DNA from: Syntrophomonadaceae bacterium
GTDB lineage: Bacteria; Bacillota; Syntrophomonadia; Syntrophomonadales; Syntrophomonadaceae
Direction: 5' to 3'
DNA length: 64,000 nucleotides
Assembly (NCBI GenBank): GCA_012729495.1
Contig: JAAYCZ010000117.1
Coordinates: 989 to 64,988, forward strand
Shown: piece by piece, positions 46,163 through 56,159 of the stretch
Numbering within the stretch: position 1 is the stretch's first letter
Layout: every line of letters starts with the position of its first letter
Translations under genes and position numbers: made by a program
The notes under the pieces: model-generated
Told to the model about the DNA's origin: nothing
Seen by the model: the letters and a program-made list of their open reading frames with translations, nothing else
Database searches by the model: none

Positions 46163-49100
46163 ATGACAATGTTAAATGTTAATATTGACGGTCAAGAATT
46201 AAAAGGCTATGCTGGCCAGACAATACTGGAATTAGCACGGGAGAACGGCATTGAAATCCCTACTCTGTGTCACGATGAACGACTTAAAATTTACGGTGCC
46301 TGCGGTCTTTGTGTGGTGGAGATTGAAGGCAGCAATAAACTTGCCCGAGCTTGTGCAACTGAAATTAGTCAGGGCATGGTGGTTCAGACTGATACGGATA
46401 AAGTCAGGGCATCACGTAAAATGACTTTGGAATTGCTGCTTTCGGATCATAGCGGCGATTGCCGGCCTCCATGCGTAAAGGCTTGCCCGGCCCACACTGA
46501 TTGTCAGGGCTATGTAGGATTGATTGCCAATGGCGAATATCTGGAAGCACTAAAATTAATCAGAGAACAAATACCGCTGCCGGCCAGCATCGGTATGGTT
46601 TGTCCCCACCCCTGTGAAGAAGCCTGTCGCCGACAGTTGCTGGAAGCACCGATTGCTATTGCAGCATTAAAAACTTTTGCCGCAGAACAGGATATCTATA
46701 ATGAATATCCATTTATTCCGGTACCCAAAGACTATACCGGCAAAAGTGTCGCCATCATTGGTGCCGGCCCGGCCGGCCTGACCGCTGCCTATTATCTGGC
46801 GCTGGAAGGGCATGAAGTGATTATTTATGAGGCCATGCCTCAAGCTGGCGGAATGCTGCGCTATGGTATACCTCAGTATCGTTTGCCCAAGGAAATCCTG
46901 GATCAGGAAATCAGGATCATTGAAGCCATGGGGGTTGAGATTATATGTAACACCAGGATCAACCGGGATGTCAGTTTTGATTATATCAGGCAAAATCATG
47001 ATGCTGTTTTCATCGGTGTAGGGGCCTGGAAATATACCCGTATCGGCTGCCCCGGCGAGGATGTTGCAGGAGTAGTGGGAGGCATTGATTTCCTGCGTGA
47101 AGCTGCTTTAAACGGCAATGTCCAAATCGGTGAGCGGGTAGCGGTCATTGGCGGTGGGAATACGGCCATGGATGCCGCCCGTACGGCTGTCCGGCTGGGT
47201 GCTGAGGAAGTCATGGTGCTCTACCGCAGAACCCGTGAAGAAATGCCGGCGGAAGATATTGAGATAGAAGAAGCGGAAGAAGAAGGGGTTGTCTTTAAAT
47301 TCTTGCTGGCCCCGCAGGAAATCATTGCCGAGGACGGCCGCGCGGTTGCCATTCGCTGCCAGAAGATGCGTTTGGGTGAGCCCGACAGTTCCGGCAGACG
47401 CAAACCGGTACCGATTGAAGGGGCAGAGGAATTGATTCCGGTTGATATGATTATTGCAGCCATCGGTCAACAGGTAGATGTATCAGATTTACCGGAAATC
47501 CAAATTGATAAATGGAAATGCATTGGGACTGACAGCAACAGTCTGCAGACCAATCTTCCCGGAGTATTTGCCGGCGGCGATGCCGTTACCGGACCGGGCA
47601 TTGCAGTTGAAGCTATTGCTCAGGGTAAAAAGGCAGCACTAGCCATGCATGCATATATAAGCGGAGAGGAACAGCCGCTTGCGGGAACGTTTACGGTTGA
47701 AAGAACCGGTTTGACGGCAGATGATTTTGCCGATGTCGAACGGGTCGAGAGAGTTAAGGTAGTTCACCGTGATCCTGCCGTACGGCGCCATGATTTTTTG
47801 GAGATTGCCGGACGCATGACCCCGGAACAGGCAAAACAGGAAGGCAGCCGTTGCCTCGAATGCGGATGTCAGGATTATTTTGAATGCAAACTGATAAAAT
47901 ATGCCGGTGAATATCAAGTGGATCCACAAAGGATTTCCGGTGACAAGCATCCGGTTATGGCCGGTGACGATCATCCCTTTATTGAACGGGATGCGGCCAA
48001 ATGCATTCTGTGCGGACTTTGTATCAGAATTTGTGACGAATATATGGGGGTTGGAGCACTTGGCCTGGTTCATCGCGGTTTTGACAGTTTGGTCAAGCCT
48101 GAATTTGGCCGTCCTTTACTCGATTCTCCGTGTATCAGCTGCGGACAGTGTGTAAGTGTATGTCCGACCGGTGCTTTAATTGAACGCAATACCCATTTGA
48201 AAAATGTCCCGCTGGCGATGGACGAGGTAAGCAGCCATTGCTCCTTCTGCGGACTCGGCTGTGGTCAGGTTATCAGTACCCGGGGAGAATCGGTATTTAA
48301 GATCGTGCCTGAACAGGGTGAGGTGCTGTGCGCCAAAGGCCGGTTCGGTTTTACGGCCCAGCCGCAACGTTTGACTTTACCGCTTATAAGGGTTGGCGAA
48401 AACTTTGCGGAGTGCAGCTGGGATGAAGCCCTGACCTTCGTTGCCAAGAAGGCGCTGGCGGTAAAAGCAAAATCCAAACCAGGATCCATAGCCATTTTTG
48501 CTTCTCCTGCCCTTACCCTGGAAGAAGCCATGCTGGCCGCGTCCTGGAAGGATCTTTTGGCAACTGAGCAGTTGTCCAGTTTCAGCCCGGATTGCGGGCG
48601 CGGTCTGGTAAACGTTTTGGGTGAAAATCAGTCTACCTGCAGCCTTGAAGAAATGAACGGCACCAATCTGATTTTAATGTTGGGTTCATTTAACCAGAAT
48701 CAGGTTTTACCTGCCCGCATCAGGAGTGCGGTTGGGCAAGGGGCAGAATTGGTGGTCATCAGCCCGGAAAAAACCTTGGTGGATGATATTGCCAAAATAA
48801 AAGTATGTCCGGATAACAATACTGCTTTTATCAGGGAAATCTTGGCTGCCTTGATTGAACAGTCCCTCATCAACGAACAGTTTGTTCATGCTAAAGCACA
48901 GGGATATGAGGAGCTTCGCTCAGCACTGAAAACAACTGCTGCAGGGACAGAGGCACAGGCAGTTGCCTTAGCTTACGGCCAAGCCAAAAAGGCGATTATC
49001 GTTGTGGACGGTTATACCGTATCTGCAGCAGCGGTTGAGTTAATGGCAGATATGATGGTCATGACCGGCAAAGTCGACACAGCCCGTAACGGTATTATTA

Positions 49101-49630
49101 TTATCAACCCGGGTGCAAATGCCAATGGCATCTGGCGCAGTGGCTTTAACCGGGATGGGGTCGAACTGACCCGGGAAATCATGGCAGGAGAAATAAAAGG
49201 TGCCTTCATTCTGGGAGAGGATCCGGTCGGTGCCGGTCTGCTCGATGCCCAAAGCCTGTCCGGAATGGATTTCCTGATGGTGGCCAGTCCCTTTGTAACT
49301 GATACAGCCGCCCTGGCAGACGTCGTATTGCCCTTGTCAACCCCGTTGGAAAATGAGGGGATCTATATTACTGCCGACGGTAAAACCGTTCGACTGCAGC
49401 CGGCCAAAGATGCACCTGCCGGCAGAAGTAATCTGGATATATGGATGGATCTGGGTCTGCGTATGGATCCACTGCGGGGAAATGATTTCAGAAATGTTTT
49501 AAGAGGAGCAATGAGTCAATGCTGCAGCGATACCAGTTTTGACCAAGCCAAACTTGGCATCGGCACGGATGGACCGATTTTTGTACCGGTCAAAATCACT
49601 GATCCGACTTTGCTCAAGTTCCGGGTCTAG
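46163..49630 (+). CDS. large Fe-S/FAD subunit: [2Fe-2S], GltD-like NADP(H) domain, ferredoxin and molybdopterin-oxidoreductase-like domain (StnC-like)
   Basis: IPTLC..GACGLC..C; PCVKACP, CPHPCEEACRR; GAGPAGL; GGGNTAMD, YRR; CILCGLC, CISCGQC; CSFCGLGC..CAKG; ADVVLP. Confidence 0.88.
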   Translation: MTMLNVNIDGQELKGYAGQTILELARENGIEIPTLCHDERLKIYGACGLCVVEIEGSNKLARACATEISQGMVVQTDTDKVRASRKMTLELLLSDHSGDCRPPCVKACPAHTDCQGYVGLIANGEYLEALKLIREQIPLPASIGMVCPHPCEEACRRQLLEAPIAIAALKTFAAEQDIYNEYPFIPVPKDYTGKSVAIIGAGPAGLTAAYYLALEGHEVIIYEAMPQAGGMLRYGIPQYRLPKEILDQEIRIIEAMGVEIICNTRINRDVSFDYIRQNHDAVFIGVGAWKYTRIGCPGEDVAGVVGGIDFLREAALNGNVQIGERVAVIGGGNTAMDAARTAVRLGAEEVMVLYRRTREEMPAEDIEIEEAEEEGVVFKFLLAPQEIIAEDGRAVAIRCQKMRLGEPDSSGRRKPVPIEGAEELIPVDMIIAAIGQQVDVSDLPEIQIDKWKCIGTDSNSLQTNLPGVFAGGDAVTGPGIAVEAIAQGKKAALAMHAYISGEEQPLAGTFTVERTGLTADDFADVERVERVKVVHRDPAVRRHDFLEIAGRMTPEQAKQEGSRCLECGCQDYFECKLIKYAGEYQVDPQRISGDKHPVMAGDDHPFIERDAAKCILCGLCIRICDEYMGVGALGLVHRGFDSLVKPEFGRPLLDSPCISCGQCVSVCPTGALIERNTHLKNVPLAMDEVSSHCSFCGLGCGQVISTRGESVFKIVPEQGEVLCAKGRFGFTAQPQRLTLPLIRVGENFAECSWDEALTFVAKKALAVKAKSKPGSIAIFASPALTLEEAMLAASWKDLLATEQLSSFSPDCGRGLVNVLGENQSTCSLEEMNGTNLILMLGSFNQNQVLPARIRSAVGQGAELVVISPEKTLVDDIAKIKVCPDNNTAFIREILAALIEQSLINEQFVHAKAQGYEELRSALKTTAAGTEAQAVALAYGQAKKAIIVVDGYTVSAAAVELMADMMVMTGKVDTARNGIIIINPGANANGIWRSGFNRDGVELTREIMAGEIKGAFILGEDPVGAGLLDAQSLSGMDFLMVASPFVTDTAALADVVLPLSTPLENEGIYITADGKTVRLQPAKDAPAGRSNLDIWMDLGLRMDPLRGNDFRNVLRGAMSQCCSDTSFDQAKLGIGTDGPIFVPVKITDPTLLKFRV

Positions 49631-49719
49631 AAGACAGATTTAGCCATGCAAATATGTTGGCCTTGGTAGGATAAGAATACAATCAAGATAGCTTTTAGCC
49701 CTTGCTTAAACGTGAGAAA

Positions 49720-49930
49720 TGAAGTGCACCCCAAAACGTTGGACAAAAAAGTTTAACGTTTGGAGGTGCACTTTTTTTGACTAAATATAGCTATGAGATT
49801 CGTATTAAAGTAGTCAAGGAGATTTAAAGCGATGCTAGTATCAGAAGGATTGCCCGCTCAAAAACGTTGTACAAGGATGGTATAGAAGTTATCAGCATTG
49901 AGTTTAAAGGCAAAAACAATGGTTGTTATT
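49720..49930 (+). mobile_element. IS3-family (IS150-like) remnant: left end plus decayed orfA
   Basis: TGAAGTGCACCCCAAAACGTTGGAC...GTTTAACGTTTGGAGGTGCAC end structure, then TTG-TKYSYEIRIKVVKE(stop) and broken-frame fragments ASIRRIAR and NVVQGWYRSY; right boundary approximate. Confidence 0.7.
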
Positions 49931-50037
49931 TAACTTCATGCCGGCAAAAAAATTAAAAGAATCAAACCTTATTTTTGCCAAGAAAAATGTCTGATATTGG
50001 CATGCGAGAGAAAGAATTATTCCGAAACTGAAACAAA

Positions 50038-50053
50038 TGTTTCACGTGAAACA
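50038..50053. promoter_or_regulatory. parS site (ParB/Spo0J-binding)
   Basis: Perfect TGTTTCACGTGAAACA, within a 22-bp palindrome at 50035-50056. Confidence 0.8.
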
Positions 50054-50149
50054 TTTCTGCAAAAGGAATGCCTGTTTTAAGGGATTTATGCTCTTGAAAA
50101 ATGAAAAATCCCATGAAATAATCGGTGGGAGACTGTCGACTTAATTAAC

Positions 50150-52147
50150 CTATATTTTTATTTTACTTATAAGTACATGCAGCTTTTCAGCATTTTCGGT
50201 TAAAGCATGTGATGCCATATTAATATTTACCGCCAAATCTGCAGTTTTTTCACTTCCTCCGGCGATTTGCTGGGCCCCGGCAGCAGTTTGCTGGATGGTG
50301 GAAGAGGTGGCATCAATTGCCCGGCCAATTTCTAATATGGCCGCAATAACGGTTTGAATATTAATGCTGACTGTTTCAGTTAAGGAATGGGTCATATCAG
50401 CATCAGCTTTATACTGGCTGCCGAACTCTACCAGCATATTATAGTCTCGAACTACATCTTCATTTATAAAGTCCAGCAGAGAGTTGGCGTTATTGACCAG
50501 ATTGGCGATAGAGTTCTGAACTTGTTTGGTAAGCTTCTGAATGCCATTAACAGCAGCGGCAGAATCTTCCGCCAGCCGTCTTACTTCTTCCGCAACCACT
50601 GCAAAGCCCCTGCCTTGATCTCCAGCCCGGGCAGCCTCAATAGCAGCGTTTAAGGCCAGCAGATTGGTCTGATTGGCTATACTGGCAATATCTTCCGCCA
50701 GACCAGAGATTTCTTTAACTACTTGGGCATCTTCTATGGCCAGCAATACTTTGGCTTTGATTTCATTGTACATACTCAGCGCAGCAGCCTGGGAACTTTG
50801 TGATAATTCATGAACTTGCAGCGCTCGTTTATCAATATTTTCAGCCTCAGCATGGACATGGTTGGCTTCCTCATTTATCCTGACCAAGGTAAGTTCCATA
50901 TCCTGGCTGGCAGCATTGATTTCTTCCATGGCGGCTGATATTTCCTCCATACCTGCAGCTATCTCTGCCGTGGAAGAAGTGGACTGCTTCATGTTGGCAG
51001 AGATGTTTTCACCCGCTGCCAACAGTTCCTGGCTTGATGATGCCAGTTCATGGCTGCTGCTGTTTAATAAACTTATTAATTTACGGGTATTAACTGTAAC
51101 CCGGTCAAGGGCACGGGAAAGTTCTCCCAGTTCATCATTGCGGCTCAGAAATTCCGGATCAACATCCTGGGTGAAATCTCCCTGTTCCATTAATTTAGCC
51201 TGTTTAATCGAGGCCACAATATTGCGTGAAATGCGATAGCCCAAGGTATAGTTGGCCAGCAGGCCCAGCAAGAGCATTACGATCGTGATTATAAAAATTC
51301 CGGCTTTAAGTCCCCCCAGCGATTTCATCAATTCATCCACCGGTGCGTTAACTGCCAGTGACCATGATGTTCCGGGTATGGGGGCAAATCCCATGACTTT
51401 TTCAGTTCCCTTATAAGTATATTTCCCAAAGCCACTTTCTCCATTAATCATGCGTTTTTGCAAAGCGGCCAGTTTGTCCAGGGAAGGATCCTGGTTTACA
51501 TTGAGCAGATCGTTATCCATGGCCAAAACCATATCGTAACGGGGATGCAATATTTTTATCCCGTATTGATTAATTACATAAGCATACCCGGTTTCAGAAA
51601 AACTCAGGTTTTTGGATATATCATATAGATTTCTGCCATCATAGGTGGCAATTAATACACCTAAAATCTTGCTTTCAGAGTTTATCGGACAGGCCAAATA
51701 TACTTGCATGCTGCCGTCCAACTGATTTAAGATGGGTTCGGATATATTGCGTTTGCCTTTTATTGCTGATTGGAAGTACTCTTTTCTGGCTATATTATAG
51801 TGGCGGCCGTCTGACAGTATAATTGCTCCATCCGTCGTGGCCACAGCCAAATCTTTATAATCCATGCTGCTTTTTACGCTGGCCAGGAAAGGTTCCTGGA
51901 TGGAATTATCCATTGAAACCACCGCCGGTGATTGAGCGATATTGCTCAATGCGTCCAGATCAATCTTGATTTTATTGCCGATAAGCCGGGCACTGTCCTG
52001 GGCTTTCGCGGTGATTGTCTCCTGCACAATGGCTTCCAGACCCTTTTTTGCCTGTATATATGAATTGATTCCTAAAACGGTGCATATTACCAAAACGACG
52101 ATACTGCCATAAAGCATTAACTTTGTACTTAGTTTTATTCTTTTCAT
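50150..52147 (-). CDS. methyl-accepting chemotaxis protein (dCache-HAMP-MA)
   Basis: Two TM helices, Cache-like [52 protein letters not shown]. Confidence 0.94.
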   Translation of the reverse strand: MKRIKLSTKLMLYGSIVVLVICTVLGINSYIQAKKGLEAIVQETITAKAQDSARLIGNKIKIDLDALSNIAQSPAVVSMDNSIQEPFLASVKSSMDYKDLAVATTDGAIILSDGRHYNIARKEYFQSAIKGKRNISEPILNQLDGSMQVYLACPINSESKILGVLIATYDGRNLYDISKNLSFSETGYAYVINQYGIKILHPRYDMVLAMDNDLLNVNQDPSLDKLAALQKRMINGESGFGKYTYKGTEKVMGFAPIPGTSWSLAVNAPVDELMKSLGGLKAGIFIITIVMLLLGLLANYTLGYRISRNIVASIKQAKLMEQGDFTQDVDPEFLSRNDELGELSRALDRVTVNTRKLISLLNSSSHELASSSQELLAAGENISANMKQSTSSTAEIAAGMEEISAAMEEINAASQDMELTLVRINEEANHVHAEAENIDKRALQVHELSQSSQAAALSMYNEIKAKVLLAIEDAQVVKEISGLAEDIASIANQTNLLALNAAIEAARAGDQGRGFAVVAEEVRRLAEDSAAAVNGIQKLTKQVQNSIANLVNNANSLLDFINEDVVRDYNMLVEFGSQYKADADMTHSLTETVSINIQTVIAAILEIGRAIDATSSTIQQTAAGAQQIAGGSEKTADLAVNINMASHALTENAEKLHVLISKIKI

Positions 52148-52344
52148 AATCTCATCTCTTTACTTTGTTTTGAAAATATTATAACATGCAGAATTCTGTA
52201 AAACTATGTAGTATTTATATATCAATAGTTAAATTTCCATCAAAAATAATGTAAATTAGGCGACATAAAACCCGCATAAGATATTGATCATTTTTTATCA
52301 TCGTTTTGTAATTATAATTGAGAGTTTTGTATAATTCAAAAAAC

Positions 52345-52508
52345 ATGCAATACTGGCACTCAGAGCGATAGCGAAGCTACCTTAATTGTGACCGTCAGGT
52401 CATATATGTAGTCCCCGTAGGGGGAGTCTTGTAAGTGTCGTAGATCCGCCGACGCTCAGGTTGCGCTGCGCTTGCCTTCCGATCGCTTTCGGCACTAGAT
52501 ACCACATG
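52345..52508. repeat. GC-rich multi-hairpin intergenic element
   Basis: Short hairpins TGACC-gtca-GGTCA, TCCCC-gtag-GGGGA, AGTGTCG..CGACGCT, CCGA..TCGG and GAGCGATAGCGA within AT-rich flanks. Confidence 0.4.
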
Positions 52509-52544
52509 GCATTATCCTCAATTAATTTACGCTCAATTATTTAT

Positions 52545-52609
52545 GGTGGGCGGACAAAGTAAACGCAACCTTTTTCTCCTGGCGGGGTCACATTTACTTT
52601 GTCTATTGA
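52545..52609 (+). repeat. dispersed hairpin repeat, copy 2
   Basis: GGTGGGCGGACAAAGTAAACGCAACCTTT...GGGGTCACATTTACTTTGTCTATTGA; homologous to 22236-22308. Confidence 0.75.
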
Positions 52610-52713
52610 GGCCAATCATTTACATTGTTCGTTTGCATACAACAAGGTTTGGCAAGCGGTTTAACTGTGATATAATGTATGGCAGTTCTTTTAAACAAGA
52701 GGGAGGTATGGTC

Positions 52714-53664
52714 ATGAAAAAAGGCCTTATTGTAGTTATGGTTTTATGCCTGGCGATATTTGCACTGGGATGCAATGCCAATAAAACCAACCAATCTATT
52801 GCTGAAGTAAACGGAGAAAAGATAACCCAGGAAGATTTTAGCGCTCTTAATGCCGTGCTCAAGGCAGATTATGAGAACGCAAATGGTACGACGCTGGATG
52901 AGAGCAAAGATAAGGCGGTCCTAGACCAGATTAAAAACAATACTTATGAAAATCTGATTTTACAGAGGCTCATTCGTCAGGATGCAGCCAAGCAGGGAAT
53001 CAAGCTCGATACTAAAGAAGTTGACGAATATATTAATTATATAAAAGAGAGTAAAAATGCCACTGATAAAGAAGGCTACAAAAATTTTCTGCAGCAAACA
53101 AAGTTCACTGAAGCAGGGCTGCGGGAATATCTGGAGACGCAGCAGCTTAACAGCAAGCTGGCTGACAAGGTTACCGCCAATATAAAAGCCGGCGGTACGG
53201 AAGTCCCCCAATACTATGACAAGAACAAGTCTCTATATCTGGAGCCGGGGGGAATTCAGATCTATCATATTCTGGTTGAGGATGAAAAAACCGCCCGCGA
53301 AATCATCGATCAACTTAACAACGGAAGTGATTTCGCGGCTTTGGCCAAAAAATACTCCATTGATACCAGCAACAAAGATCAGGGTGGTGATCTGGGCATT
53401 GTCAACCAGGACACCCAATTCGTAACTGAATTCAAAACAGCTGCGCTGGCCCTGCAGCCCGGTGAATATACCCATGATCCGGTGAAGAGCCAATTCGGTT
53501 ATCATATCATCAAGGCAGGGGATAAGAAGGCCGCCCGGCAGATGACTTTTGATGAAGTTAAAGATGAAATCACCACCCGGCTTGAAAACGAAAAGAAAGA
53601 TAAAGCTTATCAAGAATATATTGAAAATCTAAAAAAGAGTGCAGATATTAAAGATCTGCGCTAA
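52714..53664 (+). CDS. prsA: PrsA-like parvulin peptidyl-prolyl isomerase lipoprotein
   Basis: Lipobox FALGC; HILV, FAALAKKYS.D, GGDLG, PVKSQFGYHII; start moved to ATG 52714 after GGAGG. Confidence 0.88.
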   Translation: MKKGLIVVMVLCLAIFALGCNANKTNQSIAEVNGEKITQEDFSALNAVLKADYENANGTTLDESKDKAVLDQIKNNTYENLILQRLIRQDAAKQGIKLDTKEVDEYINYIKESKNATDKEGYKNFLQQTKFTEAGLREYLETQQLNSKLADKVTANIKAGGTEVPQYYDKNKSLYLEPGGIQIYHILVEDEKTAREIIDQLNNGSDFAALAKKYSIDTSNKDQGGDLGIVNQDTQFVTEFKTAALALQPGEYTHDPVKSQFGYHIIKAGDKKAARQMTFDEVKDEITTRLENEKKDKAYQEYIENLKKSADIKDLR

Positions 53665-53822
53665 TCTACCCGGGACACCGGCGATTGTTTTGAGGGTAAA
53701 TAACTGGTTTGCCGGATTTATAGTCACCGCTTCGCAAACCATACCGTTAAGGGTATAAGCAACGGCACCAATTAATCGGAATATTTTAGCTACAAGGGCC
53801 GTGAATAAATCTACCTGATTAG
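53661..53822 (+). ncRNA. 6S RNA-like long irregular hairpin
   Basis: End-to-end pairing CTAAT/ATTAG, CGGG/CCTG, CA.CGGC/GCCGTG, TTGT/ACAA; central unpaired bubble; TGG..TGCCG/CGGCACCA; hairpin follows at 53829-53864. Strand chosen from G-U pairs. Confidence 0.45.
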
Positions 53823-53936
53823 ATGACATAATCGCACGACATGATTTCCTGCCGTGCGATTATTTATGTACATTGTCAGAAATGATGGTTTATGCCTATA
53901 CTATACTTAAATCAGCTATAAATGCGGAGGTAATCC

Positions 53937-54371
53937 ATGCCCAACAAGAAGATTGATGAACAGCTTGAGGCATCTCATTACAGACTTACTCAACAGAGAA
54001 AAGCAGTTCTGGATGTCATGCGTGAGAATATCGGTTGCCACCTGACGGCAGAAGAGGTTTTGGTCAAAGCCCGCCACAAGGTTCCCAATATAGGCATTGC
54101 TACAGTTTACCGAACACTGGAACGTTTAGTATCAATGCAGATTTTATATAAGACGCTGTTTGACGGCGGCAAATATCGCTATGAAATTTCCATCCAGGAG
54201 GATCACCAGCATCATCATATAATTTGTGTTTCCTGCAATAAAATATTTGAAGTGGAGGAGTCGCTTTTAAACAGTTTGGAGCATTATTTGGAACAGCAGG
54301 GATTTGAAATTGTTGACCATCAATTGAAGATTTATGCTTATTGTCCCCAATGCAAAGCGGAAAAAGTATAA
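53937..54371 (+). CDS. Fur-family transcriptional regulator
   Basis: RLTQQR, HLTAEE, IGIATVYRTL, HHHIIC..C, C..C. Confidence 0.92.
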   Translation: MPNKKIDEQLEASHYRLTQQRKAVLDVMRENIGCHLTAEEVLVKARHKVPNIGIATVYRTLERLVSMQILYKTLFDGGKYRYEISIQEDHQHHHIICVSCNKIFEVEESLLNSLEHYLEQQGFEIVDHQLKIYAYCPQCKAEKV

Positions 54372-54475
54372 AGCGCAACCGCTGCTGCAATGATAAAATC
54401 ACACCCGGATCGAGTTAGACGATAACCAGTGCTTATGATAAAATGTAGGTCAAGCTTTAGGGAGGATAGAATATT

Positions 54476-55225
54476 ATGTTGAAACTTGAAAATATATGGA
54501 TGCAGATTGCCAGTGACAACGGCGAAGATAAAGAAATCCTGCGCGGAATTAATCTGCAATTTGAGCAGGGCAAGTTATATGCGATAACCGGACCCAATGG
54601 CGGCGGCAAGACTTCCCTGGCCAAAGTGATCATGGGGATATATCAGCCAAGTCAAGGCAAAATCTATCTTAACGGGGAGGATATCAGTGATCTTTCCATA
54701 ACCGAAAGGGCACACCGTGGGATTGCCTATGCGTTCCAGGCTCCTCCTCGCTTTAAAGGATTGACCATAAAAGATGTGCTGGGCATAGCCGCACCGCAAG
54801 CCGAACCCCTGCAGCAGCGGAAATATCTGCGTGATGTGGGACTCTGCCCGGAAGATTATCTCGACCGTGATCTGGGTCCGGGGCTGAGCGGAGGAGAAAT
54901 CAAGCGTATTGAAATGGCTCAATTACTGTTGCGTGACAATAGCCTGGCGATCTTCGATGAGCCGGAGGCGGGCGTTGACCTATGGACCATTCAAAAGCTG
55001 ATCACCCTGCTGGTGAGCAGTTACAAGAATAACCCGGACAAAACCGCGATCATTATAACCCATAACGAAAAGATTTTGCCGATCTGTGATGAGATTATCG
55101 TAATCGAGGAGGGAGTTGTAGCGGGCCGCGGCAGCTCTTCGGAAATTTGGCATCTCATTAAAGATGAAATTGAATGTAAAGTCAGAAATCAATGCCAGGG
55201 AGAAATGATTTATGAAATTAAATAA
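54476..55225 (+). CDS. SufC/SmsC-like ABC ATPase
   Basis: GPNGGGKTS, SITERA..GI.YAFQ.P, LSGGE.KRIE, FDEPEAG.D, ITH; C-terminal CxxxxxC. Confidence 0.85.
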   Translation: MLKLENIWMQIASDNGEDKEILRGINLQFEQGKLYAITGPNGGGKTSLAKVIMGIYQPSQGKIYLNGEDISDLSITERAHRGIAYAFQAPPRFKGLTIKDVLGIAAPQAEPLQQRKYLRDVGLCPEDYLDRDLGPGLSGGEIKRIEMAQLLLRDNSLAIFDEPEAGVDLWTIQKLITLLVSSYKNNPDKTAIIITHNEKILPICDEIIVIEEGVVAGRGSSSEIWHLIKDEIECKVRNQCQGEMIYEIK

Positions 55226-56138
55226 TCTTGATATGGATCTGCTTCATTCCATAGCCGAATTACGCGGGATACCGAAAGGTGCAGTCAATATAAGACGTGA
55301 CGGGGAAGCTGTCATTCGTCAGTCCTCTCCCAATATACTCATAAGTTCAACGCTGGGTGATAAGCCGGGACTGCTGGTGGAAATAAAGCCCGGTACCCGC
55401 AATGAGACCGTACACGTACCGGTCATCCTTACGAAACCGGGATTTCAGGACAAGGTTTACAATACTTTTATCGTCGGTGAGGATGCTGATGCCACCATTA
55501 TTGCCGGCTGTGGCATCCACAATGAGGGGCACGGCCATTCCCAGCATGACGGTATTCATGAAATTATCGTCAGGCGCGGGGGGAAATTAAAATATATTGA
55601 AAAGCATTACGGAGAAGGCAACGGAAAAGGCAAGAACGTCCTTAATCCAACCACCATAATTACTGTGGAAAAAGATGCTTCAGCTGAATTGGAAATGGTG
55701 CAGATCAAGGGTGTTGATGATACCATCCGCAAGACCGTTGCCCATGTCCATGAAAAAGCCAACCTCAAAATCGTGGAGCGCTTGTTGACCCAAGGTGTAC
55801 AACGGGCTGAATCCGATATTGAAATAATTATTGAAGGCAACGGAGGAGCAGCCCAGGTATTGTCGCGCGCTGTTGCCCAGGAAAATTCCTTCCAGATTTT
55901 CCGCGCTGCCCTGATAGGAAAAACCAGTTGCCTCGGACATGTTGAATGTGATGCCATTCTCATGGATAAAGCCCGTATCAAGTCGATACCTGAGCTTATG
56001 GCCGAGGATGCTGAGGCAGTGCTTACCCATGAAGCGGCCATCGGAAAAATTGCCGGTGAGCAGTTGATCAAATTAATGACGCTGGGATTAACAGAAAAAG
56101 AAGCAGTTGACGCTATCCTGGAAGGATTCTTGAGATAA
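55212..56138 (+). CDS. short SufB/D-family (SmsB-like) Fe-S scaffold
   Basis: IIAGCGIH, GHVECDAI, IPEL.A....A.LTHEAAIGKIA.EQL.KLM.LGL. Confidence 0.85.
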   Translation: MKLNNLDMDLLHSIAELRGIPKGAVNIRRDGEAVIRQSSPNILISSTLGDKPGLLVEIKPGTRNETVHVPVILTKPGFQDKVYNTFIVGEDADATIIAGCGIHNEGHGHSQHDGIHEIIVRRGGKLKYIEKHYGEGNGKGKNVLNPTTIITVEKDASAELEMVQIKGVDDTIRKTVAHVHEKANLKIVERLLTQGVQRAESDIEIIIEGNGGAAQVLSRAVAQENSFQIFRAALIGKTSCLGHVECDAILMDKARIKSIPELMAEDAEAVLTHEAAIGKIAGEQLIKLMTLGLTEKEAVDAILEGFLR

Positions 56139-56159
56139 TAAGGAGCGGGAGATTGCCAG

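Noticed and set aside
46163-49630. Selenocysteine-containing formate dehydrogenase or [FeFe]-hydrogenase alpha subunit
   Set aside because: No in-frame TGA, no H-cluster motifs and no FDH-type (C/U)H ligand motif were seen
52543-52713. N-terminal extension of PrsA
   Set aside because: It spans a repeat element and the promoter; the lipoprotein signal starts at 52714
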